Positions 13,514 to 27,451 of a stretch of 64,000 nt of DNA are shown here, in pieces. Below the pieces are notes generated by a model. That model was given only the letters and a program-made list of their open reading frames with translations. It did no database searches and was not told the DNA's origin. Location: positions 248,001 to 312,000 of the forward strand of contig JAQGDQ010000161.1 in the NCBI GenBank assembly GCA_030141605.1. Reading direction: 5' to 3'. Each line of letters begins with the position of its first letter. Position 1 is the stretch's first letter. The DNA is from Tubiluchus corallicola (lineage: Eukaryota; Animalia; Priapulida). Both the position numbers and the translations under genes were made by a program.

Positions 13514-15005
13514 CTAGTAAGCGAGACAATAATAGCCGTTACTATTATAATCCCTCAATTGGACACACATGAAGAAGTTCTAGATCAAGCAGCTTAGTGT
13601 ACAAGACTTGTGATATCCTCTTTAAAAAGTAATGAAACTTGTAGTTTAGTCATTAATTATTATAATTCTAGCGTCAAGGTTTTTTATTAATGATATTACA
13701 AACCCACAATTAATTAATTTACAATAACAAACTTGATAACAGTAAAATGTGAAACAGACGGAATGCAGCTCAACTGCAATTTTTATATCTAAATTTAATT
13801 ATTTGTAGGTTTGTAACATCACTGTAGTAAAGGACGACAGGATGATTTTTTCATATACTGCCCCACTTTCGAGTACGGTAAAAAGTGTACATTATAACAC
13901 CTATAGTGCTGCAAAAGCGTCGCTGATAATTAAATAATACATTGAAATCTTAATTAGCGACAGGCGAGCCCAACTATTGATGACATCATAAACTAACATA
14001 ATTTTCAACAACAAAAACATTCCATGAGTGCGTTGCACGTGTTTGCAAGAGCGAAAATTGAAGTACATGGCAACTAAGAGATTCAGTGTGTTGTAGACTC
14101 GGCAAGTTTTAACATAAAAATTCAAATTTCAAATTTACCGCTGTTCTCACACATGAGCTGTCCAACGTGTGCACTACGCCACAACTGACCACCCCTGAAA
14201 TGAGAAGTGCAGCATCTTTTTGTGCAACGCGTTTCCGAAATCTAAGCGCTAGTGCCCGTCTAAAGCGAATGGCGAAATTTATGTAATAACAGCGAAGAAC
14301 TAGTGGCGCGAATGCAAAATTAGGTTTGTGTGGTAATAATTCTTTCACGTAAGTCACTTTTGAAACAATAGTATGTTTCCGTTCAATATTTTAGATGGTA
14401 GATTGTTTTGACCTACAGCGTAAGATTGGTCCGGTTTTCCTTTAACTCATCCAAAACTTGTGTCCGCTGTTACATTAATTACAGACAGATCACGAATCAC
14501 AAATCAAAAAGAATAATACCAGGATTTATGAACGATCTCTGGCTTATTGATATTGAAGCTTTTCAAAAACATGACATGCTGCAATCAATCATATTCATAA
14601 AGTATTTCTGCATGATTACATCAACAGATCGATTTTTCTTCCTTTCCGTCCAAACTCTTGAGATTAGTGTGGTTCGAGTATCAAGTCTGAAATTCCTTTG
14701 AAGTTTGTAATTTGTAAATGAATTTGTTACGGTTAGTTGTGCCTGTTGTTTTAACGTTCTAGTATTATCTGAGTGTACAATAACTCTTGTTAAATGTCAC
14801 GCTAAATATTCTGTTTTTCCGGTGACTGCCACATCTTACAGGTTTTTTGTAACAGTCACCTTGATATCTATGATTGTCACATTGTACGTGCAACATTTTA
14901 TATCTAAAATTATCAGAATAAATTGTCCTTTAGTACTGCTGCTGCTGCTGCTACTGCTGCTACAACCATTACTACAACTTCTACTGCTACTACTACTACT
15001 ACTAC

Positions 15006-15525
15006 TGTTGTTGGCATCCTTCTGTCTCGGAAGACAATGGAGTGTGCGCCAAGAGAGTCAGTTATTGATCACATTGATGGAGCTGCAGCGTCGACTGTGG
15101 CTGAGCAATCCGATCCTTGAACGTCTCCAGGGCGCATGCCTGGGCAAGGTGCATGAAGATCCTGAGTTGCCCAGACAACAGGAACCCCCTCTCTTCTTCG
15201 CTGGTGTAGTCCAAAGGAAAGCGGAGCGATACGTTTAGCACCAGGTTGGCTGCAGGAGCTGCTCCAGTCAGTGAGCATGCTGCACTGGTCTGTCTTCGGG
15301 GCTCCACTCCTGATTTGGAAGGTTTACTCCTCTACACATGGCCATTGGGTCACTTGACCTCCTTCGTCCTCTAGCCGCTGGCTGATTGTGCAGTGCCTCG
15401 GGATGTGGCCTGGAGCACCTGATATTCCTAGGCGGTCATCCATCCAAGTACTAACCAGGCTCTACGTTGCTTAACTACGGTGATCAGACGAGAACCGGTG
15501 TTTTCAACGTGATTTGGCCGTAGAT
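15006..15525 (-). mobile_element. 5S rRNA-headed SINE (SINE3 type) with RTE-derived body and tail
   Basis: Minus strand: about 118-nt 5S-like head, GC-rich body, then the remnant coding frame SRIGLLSHSRRCSS* and 3' end CCATTGTCTTCCGAGACAGAAGGATGCCAACAACA resembling RTE-clade LINE ends; inserted in a (CTA)n tract. Confidence 0.8.
15408..15525 (-). pseudogene. 5S rRNA-derived sequence (SINE head or 5S pseudogene)
   Basis: Reverse complement TCTACGGCCAAATCACGTTGAAAACACCGGTTCTCGTCTGATCACCGTAGTTAAGCAACGTAGAGCCTGGTTAGTACTTGGATGGATGACCGCCTAGGAATATCAGGTGCTCCAGGC matches invertebrate 5S rRNA with several substitutions and lacks an oligo-T terminator. Confidence 0.88.
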
Positions 15526-16121
<596 letters not shown>

Positions 16122-16825
16122 AGTTTCGTATTGAAAAAACAGTTCCTATTTAAGACACGCATATAATAAAACTAAAATATTGGGTTTCAATTACACTACG
16201 ACGTCGTAATCAAAAGATAAAAGTATATAGCTGTATCTATCCTATCATGACAACTATTACACAGAAATCACGCTCACTCACAAAACAGAATAAAAAGCGT
16301 GCATAAAAACAAACCTGCTTCAAAATGTAAAGTCCTTGCAATCAGTTGTATGACTCATTCATAAAAAAGTGCAATCAGTTGTATGACTATAAAGACAATT
16401 TCAAATAATTCAATGATATTGCAAAATAAAGTTATACATCCGTGCTTATTTTATATTTAACAAGATCGTTCGCAGTCTTTAATATTGTCACTTATATTTC
16501 TTTACAGAAAACAGGCAATACCCATGTATCATACAGCACAGCTTCGAGTAAAATAGATAAATGAAGAAGGAGTTATACATGACGCATACAATATGAATAG
16601 GTGGCATTCTGTTTGTTTAAACGTAATTTATTATAGTACTGGATCAGACAGTTTAATAAAAACATGATTTAGGATCCTCACCACAACAAACTATATACAC
16701 TATTTACAAAACATTTACAGTAAGAATTGAGTATGCCTACACAAGCTGATAAGTTTTGCTGCAAGATTACATTAGATGTTAGTAATAAATTGACAGTTAA
16801 ATTTATTAATGTACGAATGCTTCTT

Positions 16826-17006
16826 AAGACTGACGCATTTCATATGAGACAGAAAATTCTCTCGCAACTTATTGCAAATTAACTGTCAGCAACTCTTGCT
16901 AGGGTTTGCAATAAGTTGTGAGAGAAGTTGCCAAGCCGTTCACACGTGCAACTTTACTCTCAGAAGTAGTAGTTGCGAGAGAAGTCTCTACGTCTGAACG
17001 CGCCAT
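16826..17006. mobile_element. Small palindromic MITE (Harbinger-like)
   Basis: TTCTCTCGCAACT / AGTTGCGAGAGAA inverted motifs, TAA-type flanks. Confidence 0.5.
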
Positions 17007-17191
17007 TAAGTTTTAAGCATTTCCTTCAATATAATTATTTACTTCAGAATTTTTCCTTGGATATCTAAGGAGCGAAAAGTCCTAAGATAAACAGTATACG
17101 CGGTACAAGCACGATGCGCAGTTTATGTTTATCTCCCACCATTTTAAAGAATAAAAGCTTGTCTATAATTGTTGCCGCTAACTCACGCCAG

Positions 17192-18322
17192 CAGGGCCGG
17201 CTCTACCACCAAGCAAACTAGGGCACCAAATTCTGGATGTAGTTCTTTAATTTTGAAGTTTAGCCTAAGTAACAGCATGTGCAATTTCTTAAGTGCACAA
17301 CAATAAAATGAAACGAACTACTTGCGTTATTTTTCTGTCGAAATGCATGATTTATCGATGCCAGCAAGTGTCTTCTCACAGCAAAACACTCTCCGAAGCG
17401 CTACTTATGCCCGCGGTTTCTATATTAGTATTTATAGAATGACATTCCCTTTAATAAAAAAAAATTCTTACAATAGCATTTATCTAACTATGGCAGATAG
17501 ATGCGTAAGAACTGAAGTCTACAGGACGGAATACAGTGTTCCATCACTTATCGCCGGTGTTCCGTTCCAAGCCCACCCGCGATAAGTGAATTTCCGTAAA
17601 CTAGGGACGCTATGCTTATTTTCGTAGTTATACATTATTTTAAGTCTTTATAAACCCTACCCACACTCTTATACATAACCCTTTCCCGCATCTCAAGCGG
17701 GCGCAAGTACTACATTTCGCTTTTGGTGTGTATTCATCTGCCGAATAAATACACTATTTACTGGAAATGGTAATTTGTTATGATTTACAATATTCTTTTA
17801 ATGTTAGAATTAATATTTCTAATATATTTTTATACATTTTGTGATTTTTTTATGCAAAATTCATCAAATCTATACATTACTGTACAATACGTACTACGCA
17901 TGTACAAAAATACTTTTGACGGAGTACCGGAAAACCCGCGAAACAGCGAAAATACCGCGATAAATGTTTTACATAAATATTTTTGAAAACCCGCGAAACA
18001 GCGAGTCCGCGATAAACGAATCGCGAAGTAGCGAGGGAACACTGTTCAGGAAACGAAAGATAAAAAGCTCGCGAGCCGTGTAAAGTACAATGGGGTTATA
18101 AAACCAATTTCAAATTCAAACAGTGATAAATTTAATTCCAAAGATAAATCAACACACGCTGTAGATAGACAATTAGCTACGTTTAATTAGTACACTATAA
18201 TATTATAGAAGAAAAATTACTAATGGGGCGAGGTAGGAACCGTACGGAAACAGATAGGCTGTTGATGAGGGGGCGCTAAAATACCTTTGCGTAGGGCGTC
18301 AAACTACCTAGAGTTGGCCTTG
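17192..18322. mobile_element. Old hAT-like MITE hosting the nested Tigger-like element
   Basis: CAGGGCCGGCTCTA...TAGAGTTGGCCTTG imperfect TIR (11/14); TSD not recognisable. Confidence 0.5.
17534..18044. mobile_element. pogo/Tigger-like MITE
   Basis: TIR CAGTGTTCC...GGAACACTG, left TA flank, subterminal CCGCGA repeats. Confidence 0.8.
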
Positions 18323-18479
18323 TGCCTTCGAACTTTGAGTAGAGGTCAGTATTAAGATAATAACTATTTCATAGTTGTTATGTGAACATGTACATGTATC
18401 TGTAAATGGAGTTTGGCTGTATTTCAACATCCCTCTCTTGCTAAGCGTTGCTCAAACTTACAATCAATTTCCAAATACC

Positions 18480-18555
18480 AGATTTGGTGGTTAGCATACC
18501 TGCAAGGAAGCAAAAGTGGGTTCGAGTCCGAGTCGTCGCGTAAATTTTTTCTAAA
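18480..18555 (+). mobile_element. Degenerate tRNA-derived SINE head
   Basis: GGTGGTTAGCATAC...GGGTTCGAGTCCG; similar relics near 24440-24520 (minus strand) and 34540-34590. Confidence 0.4.
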
Positions 18556-19337
18556 TCTTCTAATTTGCTATTGCTTTATGCATTTGTAGAATAGCTGCTA
18601 TTCTACTGTGACTTCTATCACATTGACAAGACAAACCCTCTAGTCGGCTCCAAGCTATTTTCTTCATCTATCAGATATTCTGGTCACCTTTTCCTTTAAC
18701 TCCTATCCAATACTTAACGTGTTTTTACATGCTGGTTGCTTGATCGCATTGGTAAAATGAATGAATCGACAGAGCAAGCAATTGTCTAGCAGACTTTGCT
18801 GAACAGTTAGCCAACACAAAGCAAATGCTTTCAAATGAATCAGCGATTTAGACAGATTAACTCGGATTGCTAGCGAAAATCTAATACATTTCAAGATGGT
18901 AAAACGACACGCGGCTGAGCATTTCTCTGGTTTCTATTGATCTTATAATTCCACTTCATGAAATGCTCTGAGCGTTTTTAGTAAATGCTGTCTCTTTGAA
19001 TACTTACGCGCCAACAGTTGCTTAGGTCTAATGCTGCTAAATTACACTCGTTTCTTAAAAGTTTGCGTATTGTATCCTCAGGACAATACTAAAATATTTA
19101 TAGTAGTGCGTATAGTGCATATGAGAAAAATGTATCCATAAATCGAGTTTCAAATTGTGCTAGGCACATTTATTTCACCTAGTTTATCGGGTTGGTTTTT
19201 ATACGTTAAATCGTGTTTGTCAGTTAGAAATATATTTTAACGTTTTTTTCATTGCACTGTTTTTATGTAAGTAAGTCTTACGTAAATATTTAGGGCGAAA
19301 TAACTAGGCTAGTAGTTATTGTATGTGCGTAACGAGT

Positions 19338-19600
19338 GAAGTTAAGCAACGCCGAGTCTGTCCAGTGAATGGATGCATAGTCACTGGTTTCAGGTACGCG
19401 CTCTGGATGCACCATCTACCATGCCCGAATTAACAAGGAAAGAGAAGTATAGTATAAAGCGAGACTCCTCTACCGGCCCAGAGCATTGTCCTAGATAAGC
19501 ATTGCATAATCAGCTAGATTCTGATCCTGCCACAACCATCTATATTACCTACATTGAGTAAACCCTGCCGTTGAGTGCTTGCTAAGTGTTAAACTGTGCA
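19338..19600 (+). mobile_element. Degenerate second 5S-derived repeat
   Basis: GAAGTTAAGCAACGCCGAGTCTGTCCAGTGAATGGATG resembles the 5S internal control region; the downstream body differs from the 15-kb element; extent uncertain. Confidence 0.45.
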
Positions 19601-21511
19601 AAAATTTCTTTTTTAAATTTTATGTTTTATCCTATTCTCTTATCATTATTGTACGTGTTAGCATGTAATTGCTAAGCCTACGATTCGAATAAAAGAACGA
19701 AGTACATAGATCGTCACCTGGTTTAAGTAATTGCGAATAATAACCAAAAATTTACGCAACTGGCTGCACAAATTGCGTTGGGTAAAATCCAATTTCTTCA
19801 TCTAAAAGTTTCTTGAACATTCTTGATTATCGAATTCAGTCACTGCTTCGCTGCTTGCTGCCAAAACCTGAATGCCAAATATTATAATTTTTCTGGCTCC
19901 TACCAATTTTTAACAAATATAGATTTCCGGATTCAAATTATTTTCTCATATCATGCTAATATAGCAACAACAAACATGGTGTTCGCTATTTTAGGTGAAA
20001 AGAAAGAGGTTTTTAGGCCTACAAGTATTTGTAAACATATTTCATAAAATATTACATGAACTAACCATATTATATAAAGCTTTTGGCAACTAACTTAATT
20101 AATTAATCCTATAATAAACTCGAGCGTTAAACATTATAGTTAACAAGATACTTTCAACTGTTGTTGGTGATGTCGCCACGTCCATCGTTGCTGCTGCTGC
20201 TGCTTGCTGTCGCGAACGTTGTTAGTACAGCTGTTGATGGTGCTGTTGCAGTTGTTACTACAGCTTCTGCTGTTGCGTGCAAAGGAATATGTCACTCTAC
20301 TTACACCAATCATCATATTTTCCCATATTGTTAACATAGTTTAATTGTAATATAGTTCAAACAGAGTTGTCATTATAGCGCACCTGTTTGTGCATGGCTT
20401 CTCGGCTAGCACACCTGCTTGACGGGCTTCATTGCTACGAGAAATCAATTGTGTTACATTTTCGTTCTACGTTACTCCTACATAAGAGAGCGTTATCACA
20501 TTACTGTAAACTTAACGAGCGATGAATCATGCTGTGGTCTAACAAAAGCCTTGGGTATGGCTACAGTACATGGATTAATGTTGCTATAATTTTCAGATGA
20601 CTGATGTGAGGTGGAAGCATGGAACCGTGTTGACGAGGAGAGGAAAATGACTCGTTGAACTTTAAAACGTCAGAAGAATCTAGATTAACACAGCAGACGA
20701 GAACTTTTCTTTAATTAAAATTTAAGTTGGTGTTAAAGAGAATTTTAAAGTACGTCCCAAAAACTATCCATACATTACTTAGCATTACGCTCGGGTGTTT
20801 GAAAAACGTATGTAACCAGAAAAATGTTTTTAGTAGTTTAAAATGTTCGCGCCATTTGTAAAACGTTACTGGTTCAAAATCAAAGCGTGCACCAAAAACA
20901 CATTATTATTCTGTAAAGTTATACTCTGCTCTAAAGTATATACATTATAAATGCACATACATTTATACATTATAAAGTAATTTATACTTTGCTTAGCTAT
21001 TGACGTGTGCACTATGAATGCTCTGTTTTTTGAACTTAATCTGAATTTACTTCAATTTTTTGCTCAATGACTTTCCGTTAAAACAGCACCGCTTAACTGT
21101 CAGCTCGGGAGTTTAAATTTTATTAGCGTTACTGCAATCGCAAGCTGTTATGTAATAAGACAGCAGGTAAGTGAGACAGAAATTCAAGACGATTTTTTAG
21201 CTCCATGTAAGAATTTTGGTTTATTGTGCTTTAAAAATATACAACTTATTTTACCAAAACAATGTGCCTATAGGTGAGGTTGTTGTTTAAATGTAAAAAT
21301 GTTGTTTAAATTTATCGCAAAAATTACCTTTGATGACCGAGTCAGCGCACATGTGAAAAAACCAAAAACGATTTAAAAAGTTTAGGTCATTGAAGTGTTT
21401 ATCAAGTTTTATTCAACAGCCGAGCAATTGATCATACACTTTTAAACTAAAATATTCTGCAATTCTCAATCTGCAAACATTTTTCAATATTATAACGATC
21501 ATTTTTATGTA

Positions 21512-21655
21512 GAGGGTGTTCAAAAAAGCAGTGCAAAAAGAAGTGCTATAAGAATATCAATATTGTGTTACACAAAGTTGCATATTATCACTTGACCGTA
21601 TTTTTACGATTTTATCACTATATTTCTTCTGCACTGTTGCTTTTGGAACACCCTG
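21512..21655. mobile_element. Short Tc1/mariner-type MITE
   Basis: GAGGGTGTTCAAAAAAGCAGTGCA...TGCACTGTTGCTTTTGGAACACCCTG with TA flanks. Confidence 0.7.
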
Positions 21656-24600
21656 TACCTGTACGCGTTCATGTATTTACAGAGTAAGACATTGATAAAC
21701 AACAATACAGCTGTGTTAGGAAAACGACTATCTTGTCAACTTATGTTTTTGCAAGTTGTGCACCTTTTTTGGTTTAGATGAAAATTGTTGCGCTCTACAA
21801 AATTAAATGCCGCTGCAAAACTTCTCTTCGCAGAGAAAACTTTCAAGAAAGGCGGTGGAAGAATATAATGCAATAATAATAAACGCGTATTTATTTATAG
21901 CTCTCTTTCATTAAAATTTTTTTCAAAGCCGCTGTATAGTTAAAAATATTTAGATAAATGCCAAAAAACTATAATACAATTAGACCTATAAACAAATCAA
22001 AAAAATCTGCAAAACATTCACCACTTATATATTAAAATACTGCTTAAAAAGATTAGCTTCAGATTTGCTTTTAAAAGAATTTAAATTTGAGCATTCTCTA
22101 ATTTTAGTTGGTACCTCATCCCAACTCTTTGGCAGAATACTTGAAAATCCTAATCAGCAAAGACTCCTTTTATTAAAAGGTATAACAAGTTCTAATACAT
22201 TTGCTGTGCTAGCTCGTGTGTTCCTTTTAAAACGACGAAATTGTAGACGATTAGCCAGGTATAAAAATAGTAGCCCAGTAGACGAATTATAGTAACTAGC
22301 TGACGCGCTGTTTTAATCAGAGTAATCATCTATTATACAGGTCTCGGGCTCTCAGATACTTGTAAGTTAGAACTTTACAGTTTTGTAGTTAATTTCTAAT
22401 GAGTTTACTTTGTAGCTGGAACTCGCTCATTTAACGGACATATGAAAAAATCGTCGTAACGTCCACATCATGTTTTTTTAAATTAAGAATAGACTTAATG
22501 GCGATTAAAAATTCCAGACACAAAATTTACTAAATAAAGCTGCACTATAACACAGTGTTAACAGCATTGCAAACAAAGTTATACATACCTGTTAGGGCAA
22601 CCAAACTAAAGATACATAAAACTACTTTTGTTAATAGCAAGACAAAGTCGAGAATGGTGAAAAAGCTGAAATCTGTATCTTTTCGATGAATTAATAAATC
22701 TCCATTATACTACACAACGTAGTTTTTTTAATTTCTTTTATTAATTGCAACTATGCTTCGAAAAATATGATGCCACTAAGTTAAAATTGAAAGTTTAAAA
22801 AAGCGTTTTTATGTTTTTCATAAGTTAACGGAAAAATATTTCTTACCAAATCTGACTTACCAAAGGCTGTCTTCATTTGTCAGCTAACAAATTAACAAAA
22901 ATAGTTAATTACTTATAGGATTAGTATTGGATTGCACTTGTTCACTAACGTACACGTGCTTTTATGGCCGATAAATAATTAAACAGAAAAAACTGATTTC
23001 GTTTCGTGTAGTTTGACGCATGCTAACACTGCACTTAGATTGGAACACCGTCCGCAAAACACTGTTAAAAGAAAAATCACTGCCTTGAGGAGACTCGTAG
23101 AACTTTGTTAAGTATAAAACACTTTCACTATAGAGAATTAGTGCTAATTTGCAACCAATGATGTAATATATACTATGGTTCGAATGCCAACAAGTAACTG
23201 GAGTTGATGGCGAGACCTCACTAAGCTCGCGCTGAAATCAATAACGTGGAATGATTACGTGGCTTCGATTGCCAATGCATATACACACACTGAACACTCG
23301 CAATGTATCGTGTCGACCTGATGGGTTAAGTTTCAATGGAAATTAGCTGAGTTCAATTAATGCGACGCTTAATGCTTTGAGCTTAATAACAGACAGAAGA
23401 GTGAGCTATTAATTTAATTGTTAAGAGATTATTAGCTGAACTGTTACATACTTATGAGCCCTGCATGGTTAATTTATGTAAGAATTGATTATAGAACGTT
23501 GTACTATTGGATATCTCTAACTCATTGCAGTAGATGCAGCGCCACTTTTGTGAGTACAGCCTTCATTTTTGGTTTAATTTCTTGATCTGAGCCTAGTTTT
23601 TGCTTATTGCATCATTGTCTATATAAGCAATCTATAGGCTATCCAGGCCTAAATTTTATCGTATTGTAGTAATACATGGATTTTTACAAAACTACCAGTT
23701 ACATTGAAAGCGTTGATTTTGTAATATTTCAAACTTTAATGAAAATATTCATATTAAATGGCACAATTGTGATAACTTTGAATTTCGTTGTGCTTTCGCG
23801 AGGAGAATCGTTTTTGTGTTACTGACTTGCTAAGTAACTCTAGAAATTATTTATTTATCATCATCATCATCATCCATTAATTCACTATTATTATTGTTGT
23901 TGTTGTTACTAGATTTGTTGCGCGCATTAACTACACACATTCTAATTAAAGTTAAAAAAATAATAAATTAAGCTTCTAAAATTAACTAGACTCTATAAAG
24001 CGGTCAATAATTACAAACGGATTTCAAATCAGTACATTCTAATATAATATAACCTAAAAATAATATAGCCAACAAGATTACTAAAAATTTATTAATTAAC
24101 CTGAATTTATTAACTTACCACCATCGTTAGCTACACGAGCTTTCATTTTTTGATGAATTCATGATAATCAGTAAAGGTACAGATCAGTAAGTAAGTGATA
24201 TAATATTCTGGATGCTACTTACGGATCTGTATCATTACTACTTTATATTTAGAGTCTATTTGACGAATCAGTTTTTCATCCTTCAAATTGATTTTAATAA
24301 TGTAATCTGTTTTCTAACCAAATCTGCTTAATCTGAGCCTAATCGTGTCATTAAATATTTAAATAAACTCACGGATTGGATTTGAACCAACTTAGTGAAC
24401 ATATAAATGCGCGAAAGCAACACTGTAAATTAGAAAATCTGAAACATTTTGCACCAGAACTCGAACCCAAGGCCTTCTGCATTCTTGAAAGCTTTGCTAA
24501 TCATCACATCACAGCGGTACTCTGGACTATGCGCAAGCGATTACCAATTTCTTCATACAAAAAGGAAGTAAAACACCTATCATGTATTTGAGTTTAGTAA

Positions 24601-25809
24601 AGTAACAGCTGGTTCTTTTGCAGTATGTACGTGTAGGTAGATTGTAAAGAGTACCACGATCGTGTATTCAAATCTTCCTATGAAATCTCTTTTTGCAAAT
24701 AAACATTGTATATTTTGGTTTATGCAATTATTAATCATTATTAATAATATTCTAATATAATATAATAATAATTAATAAATCAAATTTGCTTGTTGAAAAA
24801 GAAGTAAAAAGTGAAAAGTCGGAACACACTCTGAATTTGATTGCTATGATACTGTATTATCGTGACCATTTTCACATTTCCTTTTTTCGAGCAGGTTTGC
24901 TTTTAAATTTACCAATTGTGGGTTCATTCTATCACTAATAATATCTTAAAATTAATATTATCAATGAGAATTTGTACGAACGTTATGACAGTCCACAGAT
25001 CACCTTTGCCTACAATAAATGTTGCGCACACATTTAACGATAATTGCATAAGAAAATACAATATCATGTTACTAACATCTCTGTCAGCCATAAGTAACTG
25101 AACGCATTTAGTAAACGATTCTGTCAATGGATATTTCTAAATGAGAGACGCGACAGCGCAGACTATTGAAAGTCAAGCACCTCTTTATAGTTACAATCTG
25201 CAAGTTATCATATATCTATAATAGAATCACGTGGCTTAGGCTCTGTAAAAGGAACTAGAAATGATCATATTTTCTGCTGGCGTTTATAACCGAAAGCCCA
25301 GAGAATGCGCCGATCTGCAAGCAAAGATGTAATCAATATCAAGGTGAGACTGCTTCGTATTGTAGACGCCCATAACAAGGTGTTACCATAATAACCCAAG
25401 CTGTACAATCAATGAGTTTACAATTACGTTTACTCTAAGCAGAAAATACTCTACCCGTCCTGTACTTTTCAGATCCACAGCCAAGAAAACCATTACGAGC
25501 AGTGGTCTTTCTGTTACTGCCTCTTTTACGTGGCCGCAAATGACATCCAGGACTCGTATAAACGGGGGGATAAGTCAAGACGCGCACCTGTTGTGTACGC
25601 ATATTTTCACCCTTACGTTCTGCACAGCCAAGTACATTTTTAGTGGAAGTTATTGTGCAATTTTGATAATCATAGCCGATTGTTTGCTGCTTTTAACATC
25701 CTTTTAAATGTTGATTGTACTTTAGTAGTGCAATACTTTTATAATGAAACGTTCGCTAATTTAAATAACTACATCTTTTTAGATGATAACAATAGCACGC
25801 GTCAATTGA

Positions 25810-26215
25810 TAATTAACGATACTGGTACTAAGTTTCTTACATATAGAAGTATGAACGAAGATTTAATCAAAGCTCTTTGTACTGTTCGCTGTCATCAAGC
25901 ATTAATGTTCTTGAATATGCTAGGATAGCTTATACTACAGCAAAATTATCACCTCAGGATTTATTAGTTGAAAAAGGCAGGTGGCTTCGTATCCCTAGGG
26001 ATAGAAGAGTGTGCCTATGTGATAAAGTAAGAATTCAAAGCGAAGAGCATGTTTTTAGTTATTGCCCATTTATAGCATGTGTTAGAACGAAATATAGCAC
26101 TGCTCGTAATTTAGTATTTTCATCTAAAAGCGATTGTTTGAAGCCGACGTTAATGCGGTGTGCCTATTCATTAAAGATCGTTTTTCTGTCATTAATGGAA
26201 AACAGCAACGAATAG
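25810..26215 (+). mobile_element. Decayed non-LTR retrotransposon ORF2 C-terminus
   Basis: LSPQDLLVEKGRWLRIPRDRRVCLC...QSEEHVFSYCP resembles the RLSSHxLxIExGRW...RxCxC...ExHxxxxCP motif of LINE ORF2 ends. Confidence 0.7.
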
Positions 26216-27451
26216 TAGAGTACGTGAATGGAATACCGAATTAATATGTACAGTATTATTAATCTGTAGACATTGTTTACCTGAATTTTTGTTATTTTTT
26301 ATTTGATTTTATCTTGTAATTTTAATAATTGTCAATAAATTTAAACTAGTTGACAACGTTTCTGATGTGGTCGGAAACTGAAGATTTTGCAACAATTGTT
26401 ATGAAATCTTGTCTTAAAAATGAAGAAATGACCGTTTTCTTGAGAGTACTTATTTTCTTTTATTGAATTCACCTTGCTTGAACACATGGGAAGTGCATCT
26501 GATAATGAATCCTCAGCATTTAAATGTTCAGCCCATCACCCACGGGTCAAAAGTCAGCCAATCTTGGCAGAATTTATATCATTCAGTTAGTCTCCTTGAA
26601 ACTTTTCATTTGATATATAACAAGTTACTTTTGGTAGACACTGAAAGGCATTTGTCTCCTCGACCCCTATTTTACCCCTTACTGAGTCACAGGTTAACGA
26701 TTAACACTGTAACCTATACCATTCGATTCGCCTCATCACACCTTTCATTTCATATGCTACATGGCACTATTCGTAGATACTCGATGCTTTTCTGTTTCCC
26801 ACCCTCATTTTTCGGTTTTTGCCCCCTACTGGCGTCAAACTTAATAAATAATGTGTATCTGTTTGCTGTTCTTTGCTCAGCGTCCTGATCACGTACTTTT
26901 CAGTGCACGCGGGAACACCAACAGTGTGTTTTAGTGACATAGAGGTAAAAATAACCCATGCGTATTGTAGTACAAACGTACAGAAAACAGGTTAAACAAT
27001 AGTATTACTATTGTTCAAACTGTGGTACAGAGGAACATGTGGACAAAGTCATTAAATGTGTGATAAGATAATCTAGGATGCGTCCTATATCTTTTCCGTC
27101 CTGTAAAGAGGGCTTTTAGTTCTTATAGCACTGGAAGAATACCGAGGTGTCCTTGGGTGGTAGCTTATAGTGAAACGTTATAATGAAATAAAAGAGAAAC
27201 AGTTGATTTATTATGTCCTGTTACTGAACAGTTCAGTTACGAACTATACCTATTTTGGGATTCTTAAACAGTCACCGAAGGAGGAATTTTCCACTAATGA
27301 GGTTTCAAGTATCATTTATTCAGAACATGGAGACAAATACTATGGAAAAAACATTTTCATGAAATTAAGAAGTGGATGCATTGAAACTTCCTTCAATTAG
27401 TTTGCAAATCATTTGCAAAGGTTTCCTTGTCTGTCTTCGATGACGCTGCCA

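Noticed and set aside
14822-15307. ORFs of 138, 81, 69 and 65 aa
   Set aside because: They run through a microsatellite and the GC-rich SINE body; no protein motif apart from the short RTE remnant.
15408-15525. Functional 5S rRNA gene
   Set aside because: Single copy here, substitutions in conserved positions, no oligo-T terminator, and fused directly to a retroposon body.
26355-26385. CTGATG...GAAAC as a hammerhead ribozyme core
   Set aside because: The core deviates from CUGANGA and no flanking helices are evident.
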